Source: Amoebophrya sp. A120
Lineage: Eukaryota > Protista > Dinoflagellata
DNA: 64,000 nucleotides
NCBI GenBank assembly: GCA_905178155.1
Contig: CAJINV010000009.1
Span: forward strand, 2,581,373-2,645,372
Reading direction: 5' to 3'
The notes under the pieces were generated by a model. That model saw nothing but the letters and a program-made list of their open reading frames with translations, was not told the DNA's origin and ran no database searches. Below, piece by piece: positions 1 through 12,194 of the stretch (position 1 is its first letter; the number at the start of each line of letters is the position of its first letter). Made by a program: the position numbers and the translations under genes.

Positions 1-3000
1 TCGTCGATCAGAAATCCGAGAGGGCGGTGTCCCCTCCAGAAAACACCCCTCCTCCCCTAATTCGTCCACGAGAACCGAAGTCCTGGTGTCAGAAAAAGGA
101 GTGAAGGTTGACCTAATGGTATACCAATGTCTGATATAAATCCAGAAAACTGAAAAAATATCCAGAAATCCCAGCCGGGGCTGTAAATGAATGTATGAAC
201 GATGAATATGAACGAGACCGATCTTGCTGACGATGCTTTCACTCGAAATATTTATCCCGTAAACATAAAACTCTGTGTCTGTCATGCAAGAACTGGATGG
301 GGATTGGTTTTTTTCTGTGGATACGTTTCTCCCGGCGCAACCTCGTTCCCGTAGATGGAAAGTTTCGTCCAGTGTCGCAGATCCCGCCAGATTATAGCGC
401 TCTCAAGCGTTACACTCTCAACTGTTACATGAATATGTAATGCAAGTAGAATGGCAAAAGTGAAAGGAAAATGAAAAGGTTGCGCCTTTTGCATTACAGA
501 TTTGGAGCAGATTAAAATGCTATCTAGCGCGTCGAGAACTTGTCACGCGAAGCAGCTTCATCATCATCGTCATCATGTAGTGGACACCCGCTCCCAGCGC
601 CACAGGTCAAGGATCCCCTCCCCGGGGGGTGGGCAATTTTGCATGGCAAATTCATGTAACAGCTGAGAATGTAACGTTTGAAAACCCCATACCGATCGCG
701 TTGTGTTTCGGCGCTTCGAGCAGTTCCGCAGTAGATTCCACAATCGGAGTCGCTAGGTGGATCGGTTCAAAAAGCGCTATATTGATTAACGGCGGTGACG
801 CACACCAGTTGCAATCATGCATGACAGATCTTCTCTGTGTATCAATATCATGCATCCTAGGCTAGACAAATTTGAGCAACATCAAAATTTCCCACGCGCA
901 CTTACTGCATGCCAAAACGACCCGTTATTAACGCTAACACTTTTTGGTTCTATGATAAGGTGGATCATCAAGTCAAAATTCCCGATGTTCTTGTCTTCGT
1001 GCAGAAACTGTAAATATCCTGTGCAAAAGTGTCGCATGATTCGTATAAATGTATTACAAATTTCCCCAGCATGAGAAATAAAATTTGTAATGCGAATTTA
1101 GCTTGAGAACAAGATTTGTAATGCATGTTTGCGATTACTACGAGTACGATACCTTTGCACAGCATAGCAAGGTCCGCGCGACAATGGGGGTGGACGGCGC
1201 TAGCGGCTCCAGGATCGCGAGGACCCCGGGCTGGACATCATTTTTTCCAGCCGCATTTTCATCCTTCGAGGAAAAAATCTTCAGCGTTCGCTTCGTGTCC
1301 CGCGCTATCGCCTCTTCCCAGTCTGTATCAAAGGCAAAAATGTCTGGGTCTGGAAGAATGCACGACTTGTCATGCTGCTTTTCCATGACCCATGGGGTCT
1401 GGAATGCAGGACCTAGCATGACAGATTCTGTGCGATCTCTCTCAAGCCTATCCTGCATGAGAAAGTCCCTCCCGACTTGGTCAAAACTGGACGACTTTTG
1501 GATTTTTGCATGCTTCAGATTTAGCATGACAAGGAAGTTGCAATCTTCCAGACCCAGACATTTTTACATTTGATAGTCTGGTCTTTTTCCCAACACCTCC
1601 ATAATCTGGGGCGTACAGGGGAAGGGAAACACCGTGCCAATGTTTTCGTGGGGTTTTTTTCCGTAGTTTTTCGTATTTTCATTCGAGGAAGCTGAAGATC
1701 GAGACCCAGACGTCGCAGTTGCTGATGTGGTGTCGTAATTGCTATCGCTGGAAGATGCTATCACGATGTCGTGGTTTCCCAAAGACGTTACCACACCGTT
1801 GCACACGACAAACCTACCAGTTTCCTCCAGGATGGTTTTTGTAGAAACCCGCTCTTCGGCTTCGTCATGTTGAGCATCGGATTTCAGCGAATCCTCGCCA
1901 GCACCTTCACCTTGTGGTCGCGTATCAATGTGTTTCGCGAAGAACTCCGTTACATTCGGGAAATGGATCACGGACACTGCGCCGCGGGTTGGAGTGCTGC
2001 TGGCGCCGCTCGTCAGCATCTCGGCCTGTTCGTCGTGTCCTTCGGCGGCCGCGGCTCTGTTGTTCGACTCTAATTTGCGCAGAAACCGAGCCCAGTTCTC
2101 CGTGTTTTTCCCGACAACAAACACCAAATCTTGGTTTTTGGTGGTGTTTTGCCTCATCGTTTCTACTTTCGAGGACGCCGTGCTGGGAGAAGTGTTCTTG
2201 GTGCTACTCGTGAGGGTCGTCCACCAAGAGGAAGAGGACTCAGAGTGATCCACTTCTTGTCGTCCTTCATCTTCCCTTATCCACAGTAAATAATTTCCCG
2301 TACGCGCCGTACTGATGCGGTCCCTGCATGACAAAACGAAAACTCGGCTTCCATACTAGTTCTTTGGCATGGCAAGTGTTCCACAACTTCAAATTGGCGA
2401 ACTTTGTCTTGCATGTTGTACATGTACGGGAAATTTGTATTGCGTATCCCAATCGAGAAGTTGTACTTCCCAATTTTCGTTCCACAAGTCCGCGGAGTAC
2501 TCGGTCGCGTTGAAGATTTCCACAAAGCTGGTAACTATGACCCGCTCAGGCACTACAATCTCAAACATATACAATAGTGTCGCGCATGATCCGCATGAGA
2601 AAAATACCGAGCCTCGCGGCTTACGCAACACAAGTTTCGCGGGATTTGAGTGGGGTCTTATGTAGTTCCGGAACTTGTCATGCGCAATCCTGTTGGAGTA
2701 GTTACGCCAGATGTTGCGCAGTGGCATTTTGCAACACAAATTCACGCCTCTCTTGTTCGTAACGTTTGAGATTGTTCGTAAGTAACAGACCTGAGCACGC
2801 CATAGTAATTCCGTGCTTTTTCTCTTCCTGGATTAACGGCACAATGCCCCCGCTCAGGTGCAATTTCGGCTCGATTTTCGTGAAACTCAGCCCATTATCA
2901 AATACAAAAGTGTCTGGGTCTGGAAAAATGCAAGTTTGTCATGCTTGTCTGGCATGACTCGAGAATCTGTGTTGCATAGGCACGAAGCGGCCCTCTTACC

Positions 3001-6000
3001 TGTCATACAAAAGCGCAGTTTGCCATGCGGAATACGTAAGACATGGACGCCAGAAAATTTGCCATGCGTAGCTGCGAATTGCAGTGCGTCTATCATTCAC
3101 TTTTAGCATTACAAGTTTCCAGACCCAGCCATATTTGCCATCCATACCCATCCAAGTTCGAGTAGACCAAGGGGTGGTAGAAGTGCGTCTTTTCCGCTTG
3201 CCTGGCCACCAGCGAGTAGGTGCTCAGGGCCCGGCATGAAATGCAAAAGCATCGCACTCGTATAAATGCATTACAAATTATTTCCTCAGCATGAGAAATA
3301 AAATTTGTAATGCAGAATTACCTTAACAAATTTTTGTAATGCATGATTGCAATACAAGTTGATAACTTTTGCACAGGATACCCGGGTCGGCACGGACTGT
3401 AGGACGGTTTTCGCCGACAGCGTGTGCTGCTTCGATTTCTTGCGGTTATGAATTGCAAAAGTATCGTACTCGTAGTATTGCAATACAAATTAGCTCAGCA
3501 TGACAAAGGGAATTTGCCATGCGGATTCAGCCTAAGAAAGAGATTTGTCATGCATAAATGCAATTACTACGAGTGCGATACTTTTGCACTGGATAGCGGT
3601 CGGAATCCTGCAACTGCCTCGACTCCATTTTCGCTTCCACGTTGGTATGGAAGTGTCAGGATCGAAATCAACAAAGTTGTAATGCATAAAATGCAAGCCA
3701 CAAAGTGCCTGTCTTGCAGAGTAGGCAAGTGAGGCAGATTGTATAGCCTGTGGAGGGGTAGGAATAACGCTGCTGAAGTAGCATGACAAAAGGCGTCTTC
3801 CTTAGCCAAACAGCATGACAGACTGGATTTAGGTTCTAAGTACCCGAATTTGTCATGCTCCATTTGAAAACTGGGCGCCAACTGGTATCCGTTTTATGCA
3901 TCACAAATTACTTATTTCAACTTTGTCGATTTTGACTCTGACGCTTCCATAATTAGTGTTTTTGGTGTAAAACCCCTCGTAGATCAGTCCGTGTGCGAAA
4001 ATCAGGGGCAAAGAGGACTGGGAGAAGGCGGGCAGGAGCTGGGGAAGCAGTTTCTCCTTCAGTTTCGAGAATTGTTCTTTTGTCGATGATGTCGAATCTT
4101 TTTTGATACTGTTCTTGTTCTTCGACAACATCTCTACTGCTGCTCCACCACCAGCTGTTTTTATCGAACTTTGGTAGAAGTCGAAACCACTGTGGATAAA
4201 CCCCGCGTCAAACAGGATTTTCCGACTGCTCGGGAGCCCTGGATTTATTGCGTTGTCGTGGTCCTTGCTTCCTCCACCATGTTCAACATCTACTCCGGTT
4301 GATGCACGACTCCCACTTGCTGCACTTGCCTCCGCGGAAGCTATGGTCTCCATCAGTTTCTTTTCCACCAAACCAAGCATGCCTTTGCCGGCGTACTTGA
4401 GCTGCCTGAAAAGATTCCCCTTCGTGAAGACGGATATGGAAGTGTCAGGATCGAAATCAACAAAATCGAAATGATTTGTAATGCATAAAATCGATACCAG
4501 TTGGAGCCTCAGTTTCCAAGTAGCGCATGACAAATTTCGGGAGCACCAAAATCCACTTTGTCATGCTGTTTGGGCAAAGAGGACTGCTCCTGTCATGCTA
4601 CTCTGGCAGCACATCGTCTTCCCCGAAACAGGCTTGGAATCTGTCTCATTTGCCTGCGCCCCAACACAGACCTTGCGCGCCCTACATTTTATGCATTACA
4701 AGTTCGATTTTGTCGATTTCGATCATCCTGACACATCCATAATGGAGAGGAGCAGCTTAATTTCCTTCAGTTGATTCTTCTGCAAGATAGACTTTTCCAG
4801 CACGCTGTCCCCAATCCGCAGGCGCGGCTGCAATTCGTCCACCTCCTTCTCCATCTTGGCCAATTCCGTCCACAGCTCCCTGCTGTTCATCAAATCGGTG
4901 AGAAAAACACGCAGGATATTGCAAGGAAAGATCCCCCCTCCCCATATTGAAAAGAGCACGCCCTTCCGAAAATTTGTTATGCAGATTCGTGACCACGCAT
5001 CCTGTCTGTCTTGCCAGAAGGCAAAGCCAGAGAGTCCGCCGCGATATGCAGGCGGTTTGTAATGCTGCAAGGCCTAGAGGGCAGAGTTCTGCCATGCTAG
5101 GCCCCTACACCAAAAGGCCCCCCGTTAGGCTTGCGATCTGCGTGCAGTGCTTTTTTGCAAGACAGATGTGATTTGTGTACACAAATCCCGCATCACAGGA
5201 GATTCCCGCAGTTGTAATATGGGGAGGGGGGTGGATTTTTCATTTTGCTAGAGGAAAACGGACCGCTTCGTCGCGGAAAAATTGGAGCGGTAGCCCTTCA
5301 GCGCAGGGGGGAGCGTTGCAATGGCCTCCTCGCTAGTAGTACTCTCCTCGGCAAGACCTTTATTTTTCATCGCGACGCCGGCGCCGCGGGGAGCAGCAGC
5401 ACTTGCACTTGGTGAAGATGTAGAGTTCTTTATTTCCGACGTTTCAGGAACTACGACTGCTGGCTCCGCGTGCAGAATTTCCAGAATGCTCTGCACGTTG
5501 CGGTTCACCGAGAAGAGGTAAAATGTCCCCCGGAACGCAAGGAATTCCAAAATGGTTTTCAATTGATTTTTATCCTGCGCAAAAGTTGTATCCTGCCCGC
5601 ACTAGTTGTAGTATTCTGCATATACAAATTTCATCTTCAGCTTGATGTTGAGATGAAATGGACTTTGTGATGGTGCGTAATAATATGTACGCGTACGCCG
5701 TCGTGACTGCAATTACTACAAGTAGTACCAAGATATGGCTTTTGCAAAAATGCATAGTTTTTGTCGAAGGGGTCAAAGACCATATGAGCTGTGTTGGTCA
5801 CCGAGGACCGCCCGGTGGAGGTCGCCATTGAAGACGTCGATGCAGAAGAATTTCTACCTTTCTTTTTCTTGTTTCTGTTCTTTCGTCGGCTTCTTTTGCT
5901 CCTGTTTCTCTTCCGTCTACCGCGCTTTTTCGAAGCCACAGCCTCTTCGTCCGAGTCGTCATCCTGGTCATCTGAATATGCATTGCAATCGTAATATCGA

Positions 6001-8710
6001 GTAGTAATCCTAGCAGACATGCATAATATACAAATCGAAATCCTATTCTTAAGGTAAATCAGCCACACAAATTTTCCTTTTCACGCTGAGGAAATTTGTC
6101 ATGCGGTTTACACAACTATCACTAGTGCGATACTTTTGCAATGTATACTGAAGAGTTGTCTTCTTCATCCGAGTCCTTGCGGTCCTCTGCGTGATAGCCT
6201 ATTCTGAGTAAAAACATCCCCGCCCCAGAGTTGTCATGCAAATCTGCATGCCAAGAATGTTTCTCATGCGGAGCCCCATGCGAAGCGTTTCGCCGTCGTG
6301 TTTCGGGCTTCGTGATGCTCGAATCAGCATGGCAATATGCTAAATTTGTGTGATGCTGCTGGAGCTAGCTAAACAGGATTGCACTACGTGGCCAAATTTA
6401 TCATGCGAAACAACCAAAGCTGGCTGATTTGTCTAGCAGATTTCCCATCTTGACTCTGGTGTGGGGATCATGTTTGTACATAGGATATAGCCCCCGTCAT
6501 CCTCATTTACGTGCGACTTTTCCACAGTGGAAAGTTCATCCTGTAGAACAAGCTTCACTGTCGGCGTCAGTTTCATCTTTCCACCATGATCTGCGGGAGA
6601 AGTAGTAGTGGCTTCATGATTTATGGTGCCCTGGTGTGATGTTCTTCTACTACCGGAGTTCGTCAGCTTTTCGAACAAATGTTCGTGATCGAACTGCGCT
6701 GATTTCAACTCCGCGTCTTCCTGTCGTTTCCGGTTCTGCAGCCATTCTCTGGTCCAGTTGTTCTTGGCCATGATCTTTCTCGCGTTGTTCAACTTGTGGA
6801 GCCGGAGCAACACTTTCCGGAGAAACGAGTCATCCGGGGAATTCAGAAACGGGACCGAAATATGCTCCCCGGCGATCCAGACCAAGCTCTTCGAGGTGGG
6901 GGAAGACGTTTGTTCGCGGTGAAACTGCCGCGCCGAGTGGTCGGTTTTGCCGTCCAACGCTTTCCTGCGCGCAAGGACACCGTAATGGGGAATCTTCTGC
7001 ATAAGCTGCTCGACGTCATCAGTGTCCTCGTCGATGCCCATGGTAGAAACAGCCGCAGCATTTTTGCCCTCACCATCAGCATCAGCCCCCACAAACTGGT
7101 CCACCGTGTACTTTTCCAACCCGAGCTATGACATGATTCTCAACCGTTTTTACATTCTCAATTGTTGCACGATTTTCCATGCAGAATCATCATCAGCACA
7201 CACAACCACGATTGAATTGCTTCGCATGACAAATCGTCGAAGGGCCCAGCAGAACGATTGAAGATGATCTGTTCCAAAGTTGTAACGCGAGAGGGGGCGC
7301 AAGCTCCCCCTTTCTTCACTTTTCCTATTCTTGCGTCAACATAAATCCATGTAGCGCCAGCAGTTGAGTGTGTAACGTTTGAGAATCTTCCAACCATACG
7401 AACGTGCCGATCCCTGCCAGAGCGCCGCGGTACTGGGGGAAGTTCGAGGTCATGTTCACGAAGAGCTGCAATCTTTCGAAATCTGACAACGCTTCTTTCC
7501 TCGCCCCCCTCGCGGTTTTTATGTGGTTCACGAACCGGTAAACCAAGGCGGAAAGCTGTCTGTTCGTCAGCAGCACGTCCGCGGACCCCGGCGACACCGG
7601 GCCTGACGCATTGTCTAGCGCGTTGTCGGTGAGAAGTATCCCATAGAAAAAAACAGCCCGCCGGGCATCTTTGTCACGCAAAAACAGATTAACAGAAAAA
7701 TCTGTAGTCATGGGCGAGCCGGTAGCGCGCTGTCGAGGATATGCATGGAAATAGATATTTGAATATCATTTATTTTTACGCATACAAATATACCCGGCCT
7801 GGTGACTTTCTCCGTTGGATAGCAAGTTTATCGTACTCGGAAGATTTGGGCCGGAGTTCGACGGAGTAACCAGCAACCGGCTCGGAGAGAAGAAGGTCAT
7901 TAACGTCCTGGCCCTCGTTAATATGCTGTGTCTCATAATTATCCCCGTTCTTGCTGCCCGTCGCGCTGCTGGTGGTTGTGGTCCCCGCTCCTGTTCGTGT
8001 TCTTGCACTACCAGTCGAAGCATTCGACCGTCTGCCCACAGCTGGCTCCTTCCGTTTGATGGTCAGGTCGTCGAACAAGCGGTGCGCGCGGGCTAGCGGC
8101 TCAAAGTGCTTCTCAAAAGTAGAAACCGCGAGCTCAGGATCTTCCGACGTTTTTCTGTTTCTTGTTGTAGTGCTGGAGGCACTAGTATAATTTTTCGTGT
8201 AGTCTTGTTGTGCGAGTTGTAGTGGTTGCAGCGGCTGCAGCACCTGCTCGTGGTCCCCTTGGTGCATACTACTGCTCCTCGTTCTATCTGCTGCAAGAAA
8301 CCGGCTTTTTACACTCACAGCCACGTCGATTGCGGCCACAGGGAAGAAAAGTTCGGCGAGGCACAGAAAGTAGAGGAGTTATGCATTGCAAAAGTATCAT
8401 ACTAGTATAAAATGCATGACAAATTTGCTCACCAACAAAAATGCAATTTGTAATGCTGTTTTCCCTTAGAAAGTAGATCTGTCATGCATGACTGCAATTA
8501 GTACGAGTACGATACTTTTGCACTTGATAGGAGTTTCTTCAGGACAATGTTGTTCTTGTTGTGGCCTTTGAGGTGCTGGCTCCGGCGCCAGAACCACGTT
8601 GAACAACTTTGGTTTGGGAGATTTGGAGGAGGGGCCAAGAACGACCGTGGTGGCCCTCGTTCTCTTCCTGCTGGTTCATCTGCCGCAAGAACAACTCGAG
8701 GCATTCGCAT
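1..8710 (-). CDS. Large multi-exon hypothetical protein with an N-terminal hydrophobic anchor (gene 1); 3' end uncertain
   Basis: ORF fragments join in frame when each TIR element plus one 5-bp DR is removed, e.g. ..KKLL|YFLCLAELFFPVAAIDV.. and ..VARTL|QFLHEDKNIGNFDLMIHL|ATPIVESTAELLEAPKHNAI|WRDLRHW.. About 18 introns; no recognisable domain. Confidence 0.7.
253..323. mobile_element. Short degenerate introner, family J
   Basis: TATCCCGTAAA...TTTTCTGTGGATA; the end resembles the family J TIR at 11425; DR unclear. Confidence 0.5.
393..691. mobile_element. Introner family C
   Basis: TIR TATAGCGCTCTCAAGCGTTACA / TGTAACGTTTGAAAACCCCATA; DR CAGAT/CCGAT. Confidence 0.85.
760..957. mobile_element. 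Introner family G (degenerate left end)
   Basis: DR AGGTG on both sides; removal restores the frame (MIHL|ATPI). Confidence 0.65.
1015..1166. mobile_element. Introner family A
   Basis: TIR TATCCTGTGCAAAAG / CCTTTGCACAGCATA; imperfect DR. Confidence 0.85.
1326..1575. mobile_element. Introner family B
   Basis: TIR TATCAAAGGCAAAAATGTCTGGGTCTGGAAG; perfect DR GTCTG. Confidence 0.9.
2278..2446. mobile_element. Introner family E
   Basis: TATCCACAGTAAATAATTTCCCGTAC / GTACGGGAAATTTG; DR TCCCT/TCCCA. Confidence 0.8.
2667..2804. mobile_element. Truncated family C-like introner
   Basis: Only one TIR end is intact (..GCACGCCATA); DR GTAGT/GTAAT; removal gives KARNY|IRPH. Confidence 0.55.
2896..3146. 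mobile_element. Introner family B
   Basis: Family TIR; perfect DR CCCAT. Confidence 0.9.
3235..3380. mobile_element. Introner family A
   Basis: Family TIR; perfect DR CCCGG. Confidence 0.9.
3447..3595. mobile_element. Introner family A
   Basis: Family TIR; perfect DR GCGGT. Confidence 0.9.
3646..3951. mobile_element. Introner family D
   Basis: TIR TATGGAAGTGTCAGGATCGAAATCAACAAAG; DR GTTGG/ATTAG. Confidence 0.85.
4435..4741. mobile_element. Introner family D (opposite orientation)
   Basis: Family TIR; DR ACGGA/ATGGA. Confidence 0.85.
4917..5250. mobile_element. Introner family K (single copy)
   Basis: TIR core CCCCCCTCCCCATATT / AATATGGGGAGGGGGG; DR CAGGA/GAGGA; removal gives RSVFL|RVFLTD. 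Confidence 0.75.
5571..5756. mobile_element. Introner family A (diverged)
   Basis: TATCCTGCGCAAAAG...TTTTGCAAAAATGCATA; DR ATTTT/GTTTT. Confidence 0.75.
5977..6147. mobile_element. Introner family A (diverged)
   Basis: Perfect DR CTGAA. Confidence 0.8.
6200..6487. mobile_element. Introner family F
   Basis: TATTCTGAGTAAAAACATCCCC...TAGGATA; perfect DR TAGCC. Confidence 0.85.
7127..7398. mobile_element. Introner family C
   Basis: Family TIR; DR CGAGC/CGAAC. Confidence 0.8.
7730..7793 (-). other. Canonical GT-AG intron (64 nt)
   Basis: GTATAT...GACAG joins ORF 7776-8339 in frame to ORF 7325-7711. Confidence 0.65.
8380..8529. mobile_element. Introner family A
   Basis: Perfect DR GGAGT. Confidence 0.9.
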
Positions 8711-10125
8711 TATATAAATTTCGGTCAACATATTATGTTGACCGCTCTAAATTATGATAATTTAGAGCGGTGTCCTGCACCTCAGCGTGATTGAAAAGGT
8801 AGTCGAGTCGGAACTTCTAGTCGATTATGTGTAGATCTAGACTTAGACCACAAGAAGAAGTCTTTGATGTCGCTAACGCTACTCAACTAGTTTTCATATC
8901 TTAATCTTCCAGGAGGTTTGTTTCTTACGACCTTTGGCGCATTTATATGTGCCCTTGAAAAGTAGAACAGCATCTTGCGCAGGCATCCGGGAGGCGCCTA
9001 GTACTGTTCATATGTACTTACGATGTAGCTCCATACCATGATCTTCGAAGATCAAGAATAACAAACTACTGCAGGAGCGTCGAGAGCAAAAGCAAAACGT
9101 AAACAATGATCATCGTGGCCAATCCACCCAATGAGAAAAATGTCCTTCATATAAAATCCATCTTCCAGATGATCAGAATGGAACGACTGGAGTAAGTACC
9201 TCCAAAATCAAAAATCACGATCTTCCGTGCTGCATAAGTCGCGACGATCTTCCTACATGCTGTTGGCATCTGCTGATAGAGGACACGACTTTGTCGACAG
9301 AAAAAGCGGTCGCCCGTGCTAGATATCACGGCGAAAAGAAAACAAGAAGAACCAACCTCCGAAGTAGGATCTGGATCGCCATATCCTACACATAAGTCAC
9401 ACCGCCCGTCATGCGGCGCTCTCGTGGGGACATCTAGATGCGGCGGATGTCCGCAAAAACAAATAAAAACAAAAGTGCTATGGAAATTCGAGCTTGAGCT
9501 ACTGGATGTTGAACCACAAAGACACAACAAGGGTACCGCGCCTACTAAAAAATTCTGCGAGAGAACAAGATCTTCCAGCGTCCAGTTACTTTAGCTTTGA
9601 TTTGGTGAGTAAAGGTAGGCACAACATCATCCTCAAAAAGGAACAGGAACCGCTCTTCCCGCCACTTCTCCTTCTCGTTCCGTCCTCTGCTTCTAACTTC
9701 GCAAGCACGGTCGGAAGAACACATCAGAACAACTTTGAAAATCTGAGATGAAAACGAAAACGCGCAACCACATAAGGGTTCATCTCCAAGCGCCTGAAAA
9801 AGAAAACTCCTGGTAGGTGAAGGCGAGGTCGTGTCGTAATTGGTTGAGATTGCTATTGCAGCTTCTGCTTCTGGGGTCTTCCTGAGTCATATGATACAGC
9901 AAGAGTTTATATCTCTAGGCATGATCAAGAAATACGATGTAAATCGATCTTGACAACCAACCCGCCTACAATATCAAATTTACAGCCAACAGTAGATTTT
10001 GGAACCGCGCTGCGCGGTCATTTGTAATTGTATTTACAGTCTTCTTGTATAATCGCTATCGCTTCATAACCAAAACCACTCCCCGGCGGATTTCGTCGCC
10101 CTGGTGTCGGCAGGTCGGCATCGAC

Positions 10126-12194
10126 GTTAGATATCGGTCACGGAATATGCATTGCAAAAATGTCTGGGTGGTCTGGAAGATTTCGACACTTGTCATGCAC
10201 GCTTTGCATGAGCCATGATGTCTGTGATGGATGCCCTAGCATCACAGACGTTTTTCGGGAATCTTGATGCCTGTTCCGCATGACAAATGCCCTCTCCGCG
10301 TAGCAAAAATCGCATTCCCTTTCGTGCTCATGCAATACAGATATTTTTGGAATCCACATGCAGCATCACAAGTTCAAGTTGCATTCTTCCAGACCCAGAC
10401 ATTTTTACATTTGATACGGAATGTGATACGTCCATTCTACCGTACCACTCGTCTATGGCGTTCTCAACTGCTAATACCTTCTCAACTGTTCTTGCATATT
10501 AAGCTTGTGATGCAAGACCTGGAAAAGTGAAAGGGGGAAGGTTCTTGCACCTGTAGCATTACAAGTTTCGCACAGATTTAGGCGAGGTTAAGGTTATTTA
10601 GGCCTTCGCAAATTTGTTATGCGGACGAGCAGCTTGATCGTGAGGATGCTAATGGTGCTTTTGCGTGACAAATCCATGTAAGAACAGTTGAGAATGTAAC
10701 AGTTGAGAATCCCATATCGTCCACACGCAGCATTTGAGTGTCTCCGTCGTCGTAGGACCAATATGTTCCTATAGAGGGAATGAAGCGAGTGACTTTATTA
10801 TAGGGAGTGCGGGACCAAACGGTTAAAGAAGCTAAAAAAAGCTCACTCGCCGTCCCCTCCCATACAGAATTACGATGGTGTTTATTTGCACTGCAAATAA
10901 AAAAAGAAGGCCTAGTGAACTCAGCTCTACGCAATCAGGTGTGATTCTTGGTAGCTGCTTCGCAATCGCATCTTCACAATAAGAGCTGCACATTATTTGG
11001 GCCTTTCCTTATCATCTTTTGTTATGAATAGAAGGTCGTCTTTTACATCTACTACTAGTAGAGGCCAGCAGCATCTTTCGGGAACGTCACTCGTTTCATG
11101 ATCCCCTCCATTATCAAATGCAAATATGTCTGGGTCTGAAAGAACAGAGATTTTTGTCATGCTGTTTTTGCATGACGCAGAAGGTCTGGCATGGACGCCC
11201 TAGCATGATCACAGGTCTCGAGACGGTTCCGCGATGCCTAATCCGCATGACAAGTCTCCCATTTTGGTTACAGGAAGTGGGCGTCTTTTTCTGCGGCCTA
11301 TGCATGAGAGATTTGTGTGTGTTATGAAATGCGCATTACAAGTTCGAATCCTTCCAGACCTAGACAGATTTGCATTTGATATCCATAGGCTCACCACTCC
11401 ATCGCAACCGCCTTGATCTACCTTTATCCACAGAAAAAAACCCATCCACATCCATTTTTTCTTTTTGCATGACAAACACAAGGAAGGATTTTATGTAGGT
11501 TTTGCATGGCAAATTGGATGCGGATGGGTGTTTTTTCCTGGATAGCCTTATGGCATATCACACGGAAAAGGACAACAAGGAGTACACCAATACGACCAAA
11601 AGCAAAAATATCATCTGCTGAATTGGCGCAGTTTTTTATAAATATCAATTGCTCTTTTCCTCATTTCTTTTTCTTGAGCTTCATCAGGCTCTGGCTCAGC
11701 ATTACAAAACTGCGCGGTACTTTGACGACTATGATCTTCCCTTTTCGGAATTACGAATCTCCCTTCTGCATGGCATGTGTTCGTGCAGTCCGCTCTTATT
11801 GCGGAGCAGCATCACAATGTTTTTTGTGCCACAGAATTTCGAACAATTCATTTTCTTTCTTGCAAGGGTGTACTACTTACCTACTTGTTTTCCCTACGGT
11901 ACCTTCGCACTTAAGCTTGTCGTTAAAGCATTCGTGCCAGTATCCATGAGGCAGGGTGCGCTTGCATGTGACGGCCGCCTTCTTCGTCCCCTCTTCCAGG
12001 AAGGCACTGGGATCGTCCGGCTGGACGAGAACATCATTTTCGCTTTCTTTATCTGCTTCCAGCGAAGCATGCGTAGATTTTTCACTCGCAGGCTGGGTAG
12101 TTGTCGCCCCCGCGTTCATCACGTTTTCCGCAAGTAAAATCAGGCTGGCGGGGGACGAGCCAGCAGCGACTTGCGTCAGCACGAGCTTCCTCAT
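10126..12194 (-). CDS. Possible multi-exon hypothetical gene (gene 2); model unresolved
   Basis: Four introners cluster here; the 3' part splices to GTYWSYDDGDTQMLRVDE|WYGRMDVSHS|VTDI*; upstream exons could not be joined cleanly. Confidence 0.35.
10146..10416. mobile_element. Introner family B
   Basis: Perfect DR CGGAA. Confidence 0.9.
10454..10716. mobile_element. Introner family C
   Basis: Perfect DR TCGTC. Confidence 0.9.
11112..11381. mobile_element. Introner family B
   Basis: Perfect DR TCCAT. Confidence 0.9.
11425..11544. mobile_element. Introner family J
   Basis: TIR TATCCACAGAAAAAAACCCATCCACATCC / GGATGCGGATGGGTGTTTTTTCCTGGATA; DR ACCTT/GCCTT. Confidence 0.85.
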